Positions 47,635-58,416 of a DNA stretch of 64,000 nt are shown piece by piece. Positions within the stretch are counted from its first letter, which is position 1, and each line of letters opens with the position of its first letter. The notes under the pieces are model-generated. The model searched no databases and had not been told where the DNA came from. It saw nothing but the letters and a program-made list of their open reading frames with translations. A program made the translations under genes and the position numbers. The stretch is from an uncultured Gammaproteobacteria bacterium (GTDB lineage Bacteria > Patescibacteriota > Microgenomatia > UBA12405), in the NCBI GenBank assembly GCA_964544275.1, contig CAZIZX010000005.1:4720-68719 (forward strand). Direction: 5' to 3'.

Positions 47635-49617
47635 ATGAAGAAAAGAAATAGTTGGCAGGAGAAGATACAAAAGTTTTTTTTGGGTGAGGTTGATAATAAG
47701 AAAAAAGAGCCAAAAAAAAATGACGATTTGGGTTTGCCCAAGGAAATAATGGATAGGTTACCCAAAGGGACAAAGATCAAGAAAGTTAAGGTTGGTCCGG
47801 CTCAAATTTTGAGGTTTTTGGTGTATTTGGTTTTGGGGTTTTGGTTACTGTCGAGCTTGAGACAGATGTTTGTATCAGAGGAAATGGTGCAGGTGCCTTT
47901 GTCGAGAGTGATTGAAACCATAAAAAACGAGGAGGCTAGTAAGGTGACGGTAATGGATGATGAAATTTTGGTGGAATTGAAGGAAGGGGGGACGGTGCTG
48001 ATGGCTTCAAAGGAACCAGGTTCATCAATGACGGAGATCCTGCAAAGAGAAAATATAGATATTTCAAATATTGAGTTTGAAATTGAAAACAGGCGGGGCT
48101 GGAAGCTGATAGGAGATATTTTTAGCTTATTGTTGACAGTGGGATTACCTTTGTTGTTCATTATCTGGTTTCTGGGCAGACAGACAGGTGGGTCGGGTGG
48201 CGGGATGTTTGGTTTTGGTAAATCGACGGCTAAGTTATTTGTGAAGGGTAAGCAGAACTTAAGCTTTAAAGATGTGGCCGGGGTGACTGAAGCAAAAAAT
48301 GATTTGGAGGAAATTGTTGATTTTTTGAAACATCCGGAAAAGTATAAAAAAGTGGGAGCAAGGGCTCCTAAAGGAGTGCTTTTGGTGGGCCCAGCGGGGG
48401 TAGGAAAGACGCTTTTGGCCAAAGCGGTGGCAGGGGAGGCAGATGTGCCGTTTTATTCAATGGCGGGCTCTGAGTTCATGGAGATGTTGGTGGGAGTAGG
48501 GGCGAGTAGAGTAAGGGATTTATTCGGGACGGCCAAAAAAGCAGGGAAGGCAATTATTTTTATTGATGAGATTGATGCTATCGGTAGAATGAGAGGAGGG
48601 CTAGATGGAGGTCACGGTGAAAGAGAGCAGACTTTGAACCAAATATTGGTAGAGATGGATGGTTTTGAGGCTAATACAGCAGTGGTGGTGTTGGCGGCTA
48701 CTAACAGAGGTGATTTGTTAGATCCAGCTTTGTTGAGGCCAGGCAGATTTGATCGAAGAGTAATTTTGGAAATGCCGGATATTGAAGCTCGGAAGGAGAT
48801 TATTAAAATTCATGCTAAAGGTAAGCCTTTTGATGAGACAGTAAATTGGGAGGCAGTGGCCAGGAGAACGGTGGGGTTTTCGGGAGCAGATCTGGAAAAT
48901 ATGTTGAATGAAGCGGCAATATCGGCGGCCAGGCAAAATAATACCAAGATATTTATGGCGGATATTGAAGATGCGGCTTTGAAGGTAAAATTGGGAGCAG
49001 AAAAGAGAAGGCAACAGAGCGAGGAGGACAGGTTGATGACGGCTTATCATGAAGCAGGGCATGCAATGGTAAATTATGTTGAAGATTTGGATCCGGTACA
49101 CCGAATTTCAATAGTATCTCGAGGAATGGCATTGGGCTATACACTAATACCGCCAAAGAAAGACAGGGTACATGAGACCAAACAGAGACTGATAAAGCAA
49201 ATGGCGATGGCGATGGGAGGAAGGGCGGCCGAGGAACTGGTATTTGGAGACATTACTACCGGAGCGGCTTCGGATATATCGCATGCAACCAAAATTGCCA
49301 GAGATATGGTAGTGGAGTGGGGAATGTCGGACTTGGGGCCAGTAAATTATGGGCCGCAGGTTGACGTGAATGATTTTGGTAAGGCATATCTGGAACCGTC
49401 AAAAATTTCCGACATGATGATGTCGAGAGTGGACGAAGAAATTAAAAAATTAGTGGGAACCGCTTTGGATGAGGCAAGGAGAGTGTTGAAAGAAAACCGA
49501 GCCAGTTTGGATGAAATTGCCAAAGTGCTGGTGGAGAAAGAGAGCCTGGATGAAGAGGAGTTTGAAGCTTTGGTAAAAAAGGGAAAGAAGAAGGGCGGCA
49601 AAGACTTACAGGCTTGA
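47635..49617 (+). CDS. ftsH: ATP-dependent zinc metalloprotease FtsH
   Basis: Walker A GPAGVGKT, second region of homology, HEAGHAM zinc motif, two N-terminal TM helices. Confidence 0.9.
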   Translation: MKKRNSWQEKIQKFFLGEVDNKKKEPKKNDDLGLPKEIMDRLPKGTKIKKVKVGPAQILRFLVYLVLGFWLLSSLRQMFVSEEMVQVPLSRVIETIKNEEASKVTVMDDEILVELKEGGTVLMASKEPGSSMTEILQRENIDISNIEFEIENRRGWKLIGDIFSLLLTVGLPLLFIIWFLGRQTGGSGGGMFGFGKSTAKLFVKGKQNLSFKDVAGVTEAKNDLEEIVDFLKHPEKYKKVGARAPKGVLLVGPAGVGKTLLAKAVAGEADVPFYSMAGSEFMEMLVGVGASRVRDLFGTAKKAGKAIIFIDEIDAIGRMRGGLDGGHGEREQTLNQILVEMDGFEANTAVVVLAATNRGDLLDPALLRPGRFDRRVILEMPDIEARKEIIKIHAKGKPFDETVNWEAVARRTVGFSGADLENMLNEAAISAARQNNTKIFMADIEDAALKVKLGAEKRRQQSEEDRLMTAYHEAGHAMVNYVEDLDPVHRISIVSRGMALGYTLIPPKKDRVHETKQRLIKQMAMAMGGRAAEELVFGDITTGAASDISHATKIARDMVVEWGMSDLGPVNYGPQVDVNDFGKAYLEPSKISDMMMSRVDEEIKKLVGTALDEARRVLKENRASLDEIAKVLVEKESLDEEEFEALVKKGKKKGGKDLQA

Positions 49618-51309
49618 TTCTTCCAAGTTAATAATGCGCTGAAGAATAGCTAGGGAGGCCAAATAGACGGGTTCAACGCCGTTGAGTGAAAGGCTGTGAG
49701 AACCGAGATTTTTAGCTTTGGAGTAGGGGGTGTCGGAAGTATAGTTGAGGATACCGATATCAAAGGGAGCACTGTTGAGGTCGACAACGGTATCTTTGGG
49801 GGTTTGTTGGTCATAGGTGGCTTCGGTGACGGCGCTAAGAAAAGGGCCGGATTCCATCTCGATAACGGTGAGGTTATTTTCAGAATATTTTTGGAGAAGG
49901 GCTTCATTTTCTAGAAAAGTACCCAGGACCGAGACGGCTTTTTGGTGAGTAAGGATGGAACCCTGGTGGTTGGAAAAAGGAAAGAAAGAATTAAAACAAT
50001 TATTGAACATGTAGGTGTTTTGGGTGTGTTCGTCAAAAACAACGCGAGGGATTTGGATGTCACCAATTTCACTGTTGAGAACAGCGGCTTTGCCTAAAAT
50101 GTAAACGCCTTTGATTTGGTGAACGTTTTCAAGAATTTCATTTAAAATGTGGTAAGCCGAGAAGCCCAGCGGGTAGTTGATGTTGAAAATAAGAGCGTTT
50201 GAACGTTGGAGTGTTTGTCTTTTGGTAATTTTGAGGCGGGAGTCAAGGTGACGGGATTGAGCCAGATTTTTCAGCGGGAAAATTTGGGTATTAATATCTA
50301 AATAATGAGCACTGGGGATGGAGAGTGACTTTAGCTGGGATTGGAGTTTTTGGAATAAAATTTGGTTGGAGGTGGACTGGAGATAGAACTTGGAAGCGTA
50401 ATAAAGGAAGTCATTGGGATGGAGAAAATTTTCGCGGGCTTGAATTTGCTGCCAGGTTTGATATAAGTCGGGATGGTTTGGTCGGATGAGTTTGATAATG
50501 TCTTTTTGGTTTTGGATGGCGAAACCAGTGATTAAGTTAAGCAGGCTATGGGAGTTGCTGGAAACAAAATAAATTTTTTGGCGGGATATATGAAAAGTGT
50601 TGGAGGTGGTGGCGGCAATATTTTTCCACCAGCGCTGGGTAGCTTTGGTATAGTCAATCCAGGAACCGGCGAGAAGCTGAAGGCGAAGATTGGCTTTACG
50701 GTTATAAATGCGCTTGAGACGGATTTTCCAGTTGGTTCCCAGGGCGGTAATCAGGCGTTGCCAGTCATCGGCAGAAATGTTTAAGGAGAGGTGGAGGGTT
50801 TGGTTTTTGAGGGCGGTGGCTACTTTGTCGTAGGTTTTGAATTTAGAGGTGATCAGCTGGTGAAATTTGTTCCATTCATGTTGGTAGGCGATAAGTAAAT
50901 TGACAAGGTCGTCAACGTCGGAAATGGAGCTGGCAAAACAGGCGAGAACACCAGAAGTTTGGTTGAAATGCATGGAGCGGCGGCGGGCAGGTGAGATGAC
51001 ACGGAGCCAGGAAGTAACGTTAGGGTAGCCGGCTTTGGTAAAAACTTCGGGAGTTTGGCCGATAATTAATTTTTGGGTCAGGTCGATAACCAGAGGCAGA
51101 CGAAAAACGGAATAAATAAGAGCGGAGGTGTCGATAATATTGGGATCGGAGCCGTAGGGATGAAGGATGGGTTCCATCTTGAGGTGAGTGTTGGTGAGGG
51201 AGTTGACGGTGAGTTCAAGAGTGCTTTGGAGAGCGGAGCGATAGGTGCGTAAATGGAGATCAATAGATTCGATGGTCGGAGGCATGTAAAAATTATAGCG
51301 TAAAGTCAA
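49606..51309 (-). CDS. Hypothetical protein with C-terminal PNP_UDP_1 (nucleoside phosphorylase/nucleosidase) fold; AMP-nucleosidase-like architecture
   Basis: C-terminal GVYILGKAAVLNS...TVIEMESGPFLSAV resembles the EMES region of the PNP/UDP family. N-terminal ~300 aa unrecognised. Confidence 0.4.
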   Translation of the reverse strand: MTLRYNFYMPPTIESIDLHLRTYRSALQSTLELTVNSLTNTHLKMEPILHPYGSDPNIIDTSALIYSVFRLPLVIDLTQKLIIGQTPEVFTKAGYPNVTSWLRVISPARRRSMHFNQTSGVLACFASSISDVDDLVNLLIAYQHEWNKFHQLITSKFKTYDKVATALKNQTLHLSLNISADDWQRLITALGTNWKIRLKRIYNRKANLRLQLLAGSWIDYTKATQRWWKNIAATTSNTFHISRQKIYFVSSNSHSLLNLITGFAIQNQKDIIKLIRPNHPDLYQTWQQIQARENFLHPNDFLYYASKFYLQSTSNQILFQKLQSQLKSLSIPSAHYLDINTQIFPLKNLAQSRHLDSRLKITKRQTLQRSNALIFNINYPLGFSAYHILNEILENVHQIKGVYILGKAAVLNSEIGDIQIPRVVFDEHTQNTYMFNNCFNSFFPFSNHQGSILTHQKAVSVLGTFLENEALLQKYSENNLTVIEMESGPFLSAVTEATYDQQTPKDTVVDLNSAPFDIGILNYTSDTPYSKAKNLGSHSLSLNGVEPVYLASLAILQRIINLEESSL

Positions 51310-51353
51310 GGTATTGCTAAATATAGGATAGAAAATGTTATAATACGGGCTAT

Positions 51354-53603
51354 ATGACAGAAAGAAGCGGGGCGATACCCAGTTCCTATTTGAGCGAAGT
51401 GAGAAGGGGAGGAATGGGAGAAGCGGATACGCGATGGGTAGAGGGAACGGCTTCTTTGGTTAAAGACCATATTTTTTATCCAGATCGAAGTAGAGTAGGA
51501 GGGGTGGGCGATACGGCGAAATCATTGGTGGAAGCTGTGAGCCAGGGGTTACCGAAGAGGTATCAGCGGGTGGCCGAGTTAAACAGGGATTACAACATGG
51601 CCCAAAGTCAGGGTGATAATGATTTGGCGGAACAATTGGATAGAAGATTAAATTTGTTGACACAGGTATCACTTGAAGCAATTACCAGTGGGAGTCCAAG
51701 GCCGGGAGCGAATACGCCTGATTATGCGGCGATAGCCGGGGCAGGGAGTACTTTGGATGTTAACCGGGCTTTGCCGCGGGAGTTGGTGGGTTTGGGTGAA
51801 AGGATAAGAAATCACTTGATAAGTAATCAGGAGGTGCAGGGTGTACTGAATTCACTGGATCGGGTGAGGCAAGATAAAGGTTGGGACAGAAGACCTCCGC
51901 GGGCAGAGAAAGTGCTGGAGGAGTATGAGAGTCATTATGAAAGATTGGCGGCTTTGAGGAGAACTATTGGTGAAAATCATCAAGACAGAGGGCAGTTGGA
52001 TATGGCAATGGCATATTTGGAAGATAAAATGCAGCAGGAAGAGATGAGGATCGGGGCGGGAGGACAACAGCAAGGACGTGACAGTGTGGAGGGTGGACGA
52101 CAAATGCCAAGTGAGGTTTCTACTGACATTGAAATTCCGACCAGTCCAGAGTCTCAGTTAAGATATGTGAGGACAATATTGGATACTTTAGAAGCAACCA
52201 ATAGGGATACCGGGGATTATGCCATAGCTACCAGAGTACATTACTTGGAATCAATTGCAGACAGGTTAAGTCCTGAGGTTGCGAGAGAAGTAAAAGCAAG
52301 AATTGCATTGGTAGATTGCTACGCCTTAATGAGAAAAGCAAACGGTTGGATTGAGCAACCACCTTCCGGGGGGATGACTATGGGTGGGGCAGCGCAGATT
52401 GCTTATGAGAGAAATCATGATTTATCAAGGGAAGTAATGGAGTTTTTCTTTGCTAGAGACAGCCGAAGCATGGTGGCTAACGGATTGCCAATTGATAGAG
52501 CATGGGATTTATTGCAGGAAGCTAACTTTAAATATGAAGAGATGATTGATAAGGTTGCAGCACATTTTGGTAGAGATCCTAATCGTATGAAAAGGGATTT
52601 TACCGTAAGTTTTGATGATGATCCTTCTTTAGGTAGGGTGGAAACAAATTTTTATGTTGACGGCAATGATGAGAGGAAAAATTTAGTTAGAGAGTATATA
52701 GTGGAGAGATTGGGTGGGGGATACCAAGCTAGAAAGGCATTGCAGCTAGCAGAAAGACTTATTTATGCAACGGCAGAAGCATCGGTAATTAACAGAGGAT
52801 CCCAGACGGGCAATGATCAGTTAGCAGAGGCAATCGGTTTGCATGCTTATCGCAGGAGTAGAGCACATACTGGAAGAAACAGAGGGCCGGAGCTTCATAT
52901 CGACGAAATACCTGGTTTTGGCATATCTTGGATTAGACAGTTTTCTCGGGTTACAAACGTAAATTCTCCTTTGTTTTCGAAAGACATTTTACCAGGTAGA
53001 ATCGAAGAAGGAAATTATCTGTATTATTATAGTGTTTGGGTCTCTGCAAAAATTCATCCATTGAGGGAAGAGGTATTGAATATTGCGCCTGATCCTAAGA
53101 AAATGTTATCTAGAGGTTTTTTTCAGAGGGCTGTTGATTATTTTAATAAAGCGGACCCTCCCTATGATGTAGTACGTGTTCCTGATAGGAATGTGTTGCC
53201 GCATGAAGTGCTTTTGGATAACAATGGAGATAAATATATAAAATATAAGGGAAGAAGAGTTGTCGGTGTAAAGCGAGGGGATGAACTGGTTTTTGATTTT
53301 GGTGGAGGAGTGAGAGTGGTAGCGGAGAAGACAAAGGAAGGAAAGAAGAGATTGCGATCATGGTATATTGCAGGAGTTGTTCAAATGGCCTCAACTGAAG
53401 GTTCTTTGGGTTGGACATTGGATGATGTTCAAGATTTGGGGAATCTTGTTAGCAGGGAAAGGTATGCTGAATTATCGGAAGAAGCAGGTACGTTTATTTC
53501 AAGAGAATCTTGGAATTGGATAATGAAGATTAATGACGCTCCAAGTGAAATGAGGAAAATGGAAGCTAGAAGACGAAGTAGAAGGAGGGCAGGTAGAGGA
53601 TAA
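51354..53603 (+). CDS. Large hypothetical soluble protein with Arg-rich C-terminal tail
   Basis: 749 aa, no TM, no Walker motifs, ends RKMEARRRSRRRAGRG. True start may be an internal Met. Confidence 0.4.
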   Translation: MTERSGAIPSSYLSEVRRGGMGEADTRWVEGTASLVKDHIFYPDRSRVGGVGDTAKSLVEAVSQGLPKRYQRVAELNRDYNMAQSQGDNDLAEQLDRRLNLLTQVSLEAITSGSPRPGANTPDYAAIAGAGSTLDVNRALPRELVGLGERIRNHLISNQEVQGVLNSLDRVRQDKGWDRRPPRAEKVLEEYESHYERLAALRRTIGENHQDRGQLDMAMAYLEDKMQQEEMRIGAGGQQQGRDSVEGGRQMPSEVSTDIEIPTSPESQLRYVRTILDTLEATNRDTGDYAIATRVHYLESIADRLSPEVAREVKARIALVDCYALMRKANGWIEQPPSGGMTMGGAAQIAYERNHDLSREVMEFFFARDSRSMVANGLPIDRAWDLLQEANFKYEEMIDKVAAHFGRDPNRMKRDFTVSFDDDPSLGRVETNFYVDGNDERKNLVREYIVERLGGGYQARKALQLAERLIYATAEASVINRGSQTGNDQLAEAIGLHAYRRSRAHTGRNRGPELHIDEIPGFGISWIRQFSRVTNVNSPLFSKDILPGRIEEGNYLYYYSVWVSAKIHPLREEVLNIAPDPKKMLSRGFFQRAVDYFNKADPPYDVVRVPDRNVLPHEVLLDNNGDKYIKYKGRRVVGVKRGDELVFDFGGGVRVVAEKTKEGKKRLRSWYIAGVVQMASTEGSLGWTLDDVQDLGNLVSRERYAELSEEAGTFISRESWNWIMKINDAPSEMRKMEARRRSRRRAGRG

Positions 53604-53728
53604 GATAATCGTTGGTTACGATTGCTTTACTGATTGACGTGGCGGAGAGGGGTTGGTTTTGAATTTTTTTGCAAGTTCTTTTGCTGTTAATTGTTTTTTT
53701 TGGTCTTTCATGGATAAAAGTTGAATAA

Positions 53729-55345
53729 TTATGAGCCTGAGGTGGATTGAGATGGGGGTTCTCTAGTGGTACTATTCCGAGAAGCTTGGTCTTCTGCGGT
53801 GGTTTGTTGGGTTCTCCTTTTGGCAAACCAATTCGTTGCTTGAGAAATTCGTTCTTCGGCTTGCTTCCCAACTTCTTCTTGAGCATATCTTTCAAGTCCG
53901 CCTCGGATGTTCTTGGTGATAGGTGCAATAATTGGCATATTACCAAGTCCTTCTCCGACAGCACTACCCCAAGGAGACGGTTTGAGTTGGAAGATGGCTT
54001 GAGGGATAAGCTCTGGGAGTTTGGAAACCATAAGTAGTCCTCCCATGCCGATAAAAAAGGGAACGAGGCCTGCACCTGCGGATAAAATTTGAGGGGTCCA
54101 AATTGTAGCTCCAGAATACTTTATTGATTCGACGATGACATTTAGTATGATCAGGAAAATTAAGGATATAGGAAAGACGGAAAGATTGGCAACTAAATCG
54201 ATAATCCAGGAGGAAAAGCCCATTTTGGAGTTGGGAAAAGCTCCAAGACCAATTTCGAGAGGGGCTAAAATAATTTTGACAATAGCTGCGACATAGCATT
54301 TTATGAGTCCGAAAAAAAATTTGAAAAGAAAAAAGACGATGATAATTGAGAATATCAGGGTAACTATTCCGGCTCCAATAGCTGCACCTTTCAATCCGAC
54401 GAGAACAGTACCAATACCCGGTAGGGCAGATCCTGTGATAGCGCCGACAACTCCTCCGATGACAGCACCAATCAGAGCGAGATATTCAACGCCTGAATTT
54501 CTGATCATAAGGTAGAAGGAGGATACAAGATCAAAATTGTTAAGAGACCTATAGTTACTGGAAGCGATACCAATGTTTTGGAGGGCACCGGAAAATAAAT
54601 TTTCGTTCAAATTTGTGATCCCGCGGGCTTGAAAGATGGCAGCAATAGCTATAGCTTGGATCAGGTTTAGCAAGTCAATAACCAGACCGGCAATGGCGTA
54701 AGAGAAGGTGACTAGAATGAGGGTCATGAAAAGGCGAGGAAGAGCATTTTGTATGGTAATTGTGGCTTGAGGGCTAATCTTGATGCGAAGAATGATCATG
54801 AAACCAATGGCGATGAGTATTAAGGAAGAAAAGATGTAAACAATATTACGGAAGGTTCGCCAAATATCAAGTAGTGGTTGGAGGCCAACAAAACCAACAC
54901 CTTGTTGGGCATAGGCGGGTTTACCGAGAAAACTATTTTTCATTTGAGCTATATATTCGACCCCGGAAGCCGGAGGACTAAAGGTGGCAGCAATCAGATT
55001 GTTGACAGAACCGACAACGCCACCTGGTATCCAAACAATAGGTTGGCCGTTTTGGTCATACACTTGGCCTTCGAGAAACTCATCGGGAGCGGTTTCAAAT
55101 TCAATCAGGGCGTTGAGAGTGCCCATGACATTAGATTTAATTGCTTCTTTACCTAGCCAGGTTTCCATATTGGTACCTTTTGACCAAGCTTCTTTGGTAT
55201 CAAGAAAAATGTTGTTTTCTTGGGCAGAGACTGAGGATGTAAATATCGAGGAAAAAGCAAGAGCAAAAAGCAGAAAGACCAGAAATCCGGTATTTGAAAA
55301 AATTCTTGTAAGCAGGCGGTCTTTGACCATATGAAATTTTATCAT
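53729..55345 (-). CDS. VirB6/TrbL-like polytopic membrane protein with ~170-aa N-terminal extracytoplasmic domain
   Basis: Signal peptide then soluble domain, then at least 8 TM helices. Last gene of the pilin/transglycosylase operon. Confidence 0.45.
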   Translation of the reverse strand: MIKFHMVKDRLLTRIFSNTGFLVFLLFALAFSSIFTSSVSAQENNIFLDTKEAWSKGTNMETWLGKEAIKSNVMGTLNALIEFETAPDEFLEGQVYDQNGQPIVWIPGGVVGSVNNLIAATFSPPASGVEYIAQMKNSFLGKPAYAQQGVGFVGLQPLLDIWRTFRNIVYIFSSLILIAIGFMIILRIKISPQATITIQNALPRLFMTLILVTFSYAIAGLVIDLLNLIQAIAIAAIFQARGITNLNENLFSGALQNIGIASSNYRSLNNFDLVSSFYLMIRNSGVEYLALIGAVIGGVVGAITGSALPGIGTVLVGLKGAAIGAGIVTLIFSIIIVFFLFKFFFGLIKCYVAAIVKIILAPLEIGLGAFPNSKMGFSSWIIDLVANLSVFPISLIFLIILNVIVESIKYSGATIWTPQILSAGAGLVPFFIGMGGLLMVSKLPELIPQAIFQLKPSPWGSAVGEGLGNMPIIAPITKNIRGGLERYAQEEVGKQAEERISQATNWFAKRRTQQTTAEDQASRNSTTREPPSQSTSGS

Positions 55346-55366
55346 AGAGATGGTTGCTTGGCTAAG

Positions 55367-57940
55367 TTAATTGTTGTGACAGGCAGTAGGATTACTGGCT
55401 TGAATGCCAAGGACTGTTTTGTAATAGGTAGGATGATAGGCAGGACCGTAACGGTAGACTCCAAGTTCGATACTGCCCCAGCGGCTTATGAGTCCGGCCA
55501 AAAGAGAAGTGCCGTATTTGATGTTGAATTCGGGATGGAGAAGTTGGGCGGTGGTGGGGCGATCGGTAAAAAAGTGATCGAATTGATTGGTTTTGGTGTT
55601 ATCTTTGGGCATGATCTGCATCAATCCGACAGCTCCCTGAAAAGATATGGCATCAGGTTTGCCGCCGCTTTCGACGGTAATTAGAGCGGCAATGAGAGCA
55701 GGGTCAAGATTGTTTTCGAGAGAATATTTTCGAATCAAAGGGCACCATTGTTGGACGTTTTCGGCTACAGTGCCGGGAATGAATTCATAATCGCCGGGAA
55801 GATCCGGTCGTTGGAAGGAATCAATTGTACCAAGTTTTTCATGCCAGGATTCGGGATAGAGATAGGAGGTAAAGGCGTCGCGAAGTTTTTCGTTGCGGTT
55901 GCCTAAGTGGACAGTATCGTTTTTGTTGGTGGTGGATGAAAAAGGTTGATCTTTTATGTACTTGCCAGTATCTTCGGGGATAAAATATGAAAGAGCGGTG
56001 TCGTCTTTCTGGACGCCTTGGGCATACTGGGTGTCAAAGTATATTCTTTTGGTTAGATCAGCCCTTTCAGAGCGACTGAAGACGAGTCCTGTCCGGACTT
56101 CTTCGACAAAGATGTCCCAAATTTTGTCAACATTTTTAACTATTTTGCCGAATTGTAAAGGATTGGGTCGGTCACGGGCTGAATCCTGAGCAAGGGTGTT
56201 ACAGATATTTGACTCTAGAAGTTCTTGGGTGTCGGGCAGGAGGTTGTTGACGGCATTATTGTTGGGATAGACAGCAGCTAGAGGAATGGCTTGTTTTTGA
56301 GTGCTGTTGGGGTTGTCGGTGTTGTCATTTAGGATAATGTGCTTGGTGTCATATGAGCCGGTATCAACAATTTTTAGGGCTTCGAAGATTTTTTGGTAAC
56401 AATTATCATCTAATTGGGTGAATGTCTGGTTTTTCTTTGAAGTATAGGTTGAGCTGTATTGAGAGATAAAGCCCTGCTGAAAAGCGTGGATTTCACTTAA
56501 GAAGACAGGTCGACAAGTTAGGCCTTCAGGTTTCTGACAGTTGACACTAAAACATTGGGAGCCACAGCCCCAGGCAACTTGTTCGTCAATGGTGGTTCCG
56601 TGGTACTTGTTTTCTTCCGTTAAGGAACGGTAGGCTTCGGAAAGACGCTGTTCCTTTATTTTAATTTGGCTTTGGTAGGAGGTGCTTTTGAGAGCGGCAC
56701 CAACTCCGTCGGAATCATAGGATTTGAAAGAGGTATTTTTTACTTCTGAAGGGGCATTTATTTCAACGGGAAACTCTTTGGTCCAGTGGATTTGGGCTTT
56801 GCGGGTGGAATGATTGGTTAGATATTCGGAAGATAATACTTCCTGCTCAACCCGGTTGATAAATCTTTTGATAGTTTGGCCAATATCGGAAAGTAGGGGG
56901 ATGTAAGTGAAAGTTTCTTCGATGGAGATAGTTTTCTCGCAATAGGTATTGTCACTGATGTCAATATTGTTAGGAATGTTGTCCGGGTGTTTATTTTCGA
57001 TATTTTGGGCATTAGAGATGGGGGGGGAGAGATTGTTGGTGGTGACAATGACGGGAGGAAAGTCATGAATGGTGGATAAGTTACAGACAGCAGATTCACA
57101 AGTGACATTGGTGCAATCGTTTTTAAGGGCTCGAGCAACCTGGTGGTTGCTAAATTTCCAGGAGCCGCCATCGGGTTCGACGGTAAACATGAAATAGGCA
57201 ATAATGTTGCTGTCTTGTTGCCAGGTTTGAGTAATTTTTTGGTCACAAAAAAATTGAATAAATTTACAATCATCGTAAACCGGAGTTCCGGAATCACCGT
57301 TAGCAAGAACGCCAACCTCGGTGAGGATAAACTTTTTGCCGGGAAAAAGGGAAGAATATTGCCGAGCTTTGGCTGGGCCATAGGCGTGATAAGAAATAAT
57401 ATCAAAGTTGCCAAAGGCAGCTTGAGTGGCAGGGAAATTGTGGTGGTGAGGGTCAAGACCGGGGGAGATAACGGTAAAGTTTTTGTCGGGACAGGATTGG
57501 AGGTAGTTAATAAAGTTTTGAGCCCGATCAATAGCCTCATTGAGGGAAAGATTTAACCTTTCCCGTTCATGTTCGAGTTCATTGAAGGGTTCGACGTAAA
57601 CGGTTTTGCCGGTAGAAAATGACTTGATGGAATTGCACCAGCGAGTGGCAATTTCCTGTTGTTGGGCAGGAGTGCCTAACATTTTGGGGGCAACAGCATT
57701 TTCCCAGTGGGAGTGAAGACGTAAAACGACGTTGGATGCTGAGATGTTAGAAATATTTTCAGGAGAAGGCGGAGCATAAAAAAGCCAATTTTTGAGGCTG
57801 GGGTCGGTGACGATATTAATATTTCCAGGTTGGTTGATAAGATTAATACCAGGTGAGGCTGAAAAAACAGGGGAAATAGCAGAGAAAAGGTAAAACAAGG
57901 TGGTGAAGAATAAAATAGGTCTGAAACAATGTTGAACCAC
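55367..57940 (-). CDS. Large secreted protein with C-terminal lytic transglycosylase (SLT) domain, VirB1-like
   Basis: Signal peptide; C-terminal ALIAALITVESGGKPDAISFQGAVGLMQIMP is the SLT ES...GLMQ signature. Confidence 0.65.
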   Translation of the reverse strand: MVQHCFRPILFFTTLFYLFSAISPVFSASPGINLINQPGNINIVTDPSLKNWLFYAPPSPENISNISASNVVLRLHSHWENAVAPKMLGTPAQQQEIATRWCNSIKSFSTGKTVYVEPFNELEHERERLNLSLNEAIDRAQNFINYLQSCPDKNFTVISPGLDPHHHNFPATQAAFGNFDIISYHAYGPAKARQYSSLFPGKKFILTEVGVLANGDSGTPVYDDCKFIQFFCDQKITQTWQQDSNIIAYFMFTVEPDGGSWKFSNHQVARALKNDCTNVTCESAVCNLSTIHDFPPVIVTTNNLSPPISNAQNIENKHPDNIPNNIDISDNTYCEKTISIEETFTYIPLLSDIGQTIKRFINRVEQEVLSSEYLTNHSTRKAQIHWTKEFPVEINAPSEVKNTSFKSYDSDGVGAALKSTSYQSQIKIKEQRLSEAYRSLTEENKYHGTTIDEQVAWGCGSQCFSVNCQKPEGLTCRPVFLSEIHAFQQGFISQYSSTYTSKKNQTFTQLDDNCYQKIFEALKIVDTGSYDTKHIILNDNTDNPNSTQKQAIPLAAVYPNNNAVNNLLPDTQELLESNICNTLAQDSARDRPNPLQFGKIVKNVDKIWDIFVEEVRTGLVFSRSERADLTKRIYFDTQYAQGVQKDDTALSYFIPEDTGKYIKDQPFSSTTNKNDTVHLGNRNEKLRDAFTSYLYPESWHEKLGTIDSFQRPDLPGDYEFIPGTVAENVQQWCPLIRKYSLENNLDPALIAALITVESGGKPDAISFQGAVGLMQIMPKDNTKTNQFDHFFTDRPTTAQLLHPEFNIKYGTSLLAGLISRWGSIELGVYRYGPAYHPTYYKTVLGIQASNPTACHNN

Positions 57941-57978
57941 AAATTATTATAGCAAGACGCAAGCAAGGGAATGGTATT

Positions 57979-58365
57979 TTAGCCGGGGATTCTGAACTGA
58001 AGTATGGATAAATCCAGCCCGGTGAAATTGGCGATAAGTCTGAGGATGAGCCAGGAAATGATAATACCAGCCACGCCAAGTATGGCCATGGTAAGGCTGG
58101 ATGAGACTTGGGCGGTTTTTTTTGGGTCGCCGCTGGAAGTAAGATATTGGAAGCCATTAGTTATCAGAACCACAAAAAAAACTAGGCCAACCAGAAAGAC
58201 GATAGCTTGAAGAATATTAAAGAATAAACATTCAAGTCCTTGGATGGTAGCGACACCATCAACAACACAACGATTATCGATTTGGTTCCAGTCTTGTTGA
58301 GCAAAAGCAGCAGGAGGATTAAATAGGGTAATAAAAAATGGCAGTGCCAAGGCCTTCTTGAGCAT
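57979..58365 (-). CDS. VirB2/TrbC-like pilin paralog 1
   Basis: Start set at internal ATG (MLKKALALPFF...); leader ending AAFAQQ; hydrophobic-TSSGDPKK-hydrophobic core. Confidence 0.55.
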   Translation of the reverse strand: MLKKALALPFFITLFNPPAAFAQQDWNQIDNRCVVDGVATIQGLECLFFNILQAIVFLVGLVFFVVLITNGFQYLTSSGDPKKTAQVSSSLTMAILGVAGIIISWLILRLIANFTGLDLSILQFRIPG

Positions 58366-58391
58366 AAATGGATTATACAATAATTTAAAGC

Positions 58392-58416
58392 AAAACCCCG
58401 ACTTTAGTCGGGGTTT
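58392..58416 (-). terminator. Intrinsic-terminator-like hairpin between pilin paralogs 2 and 1
   Basis: Minus-strand transcript reads AACCCCGAC-UAAAG-UCGGGGUU followed by UUUUGC: 9-bp GC-rich stem plus U tract, 22 nt after the paralog 2 stop. Confidence 0.45.
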
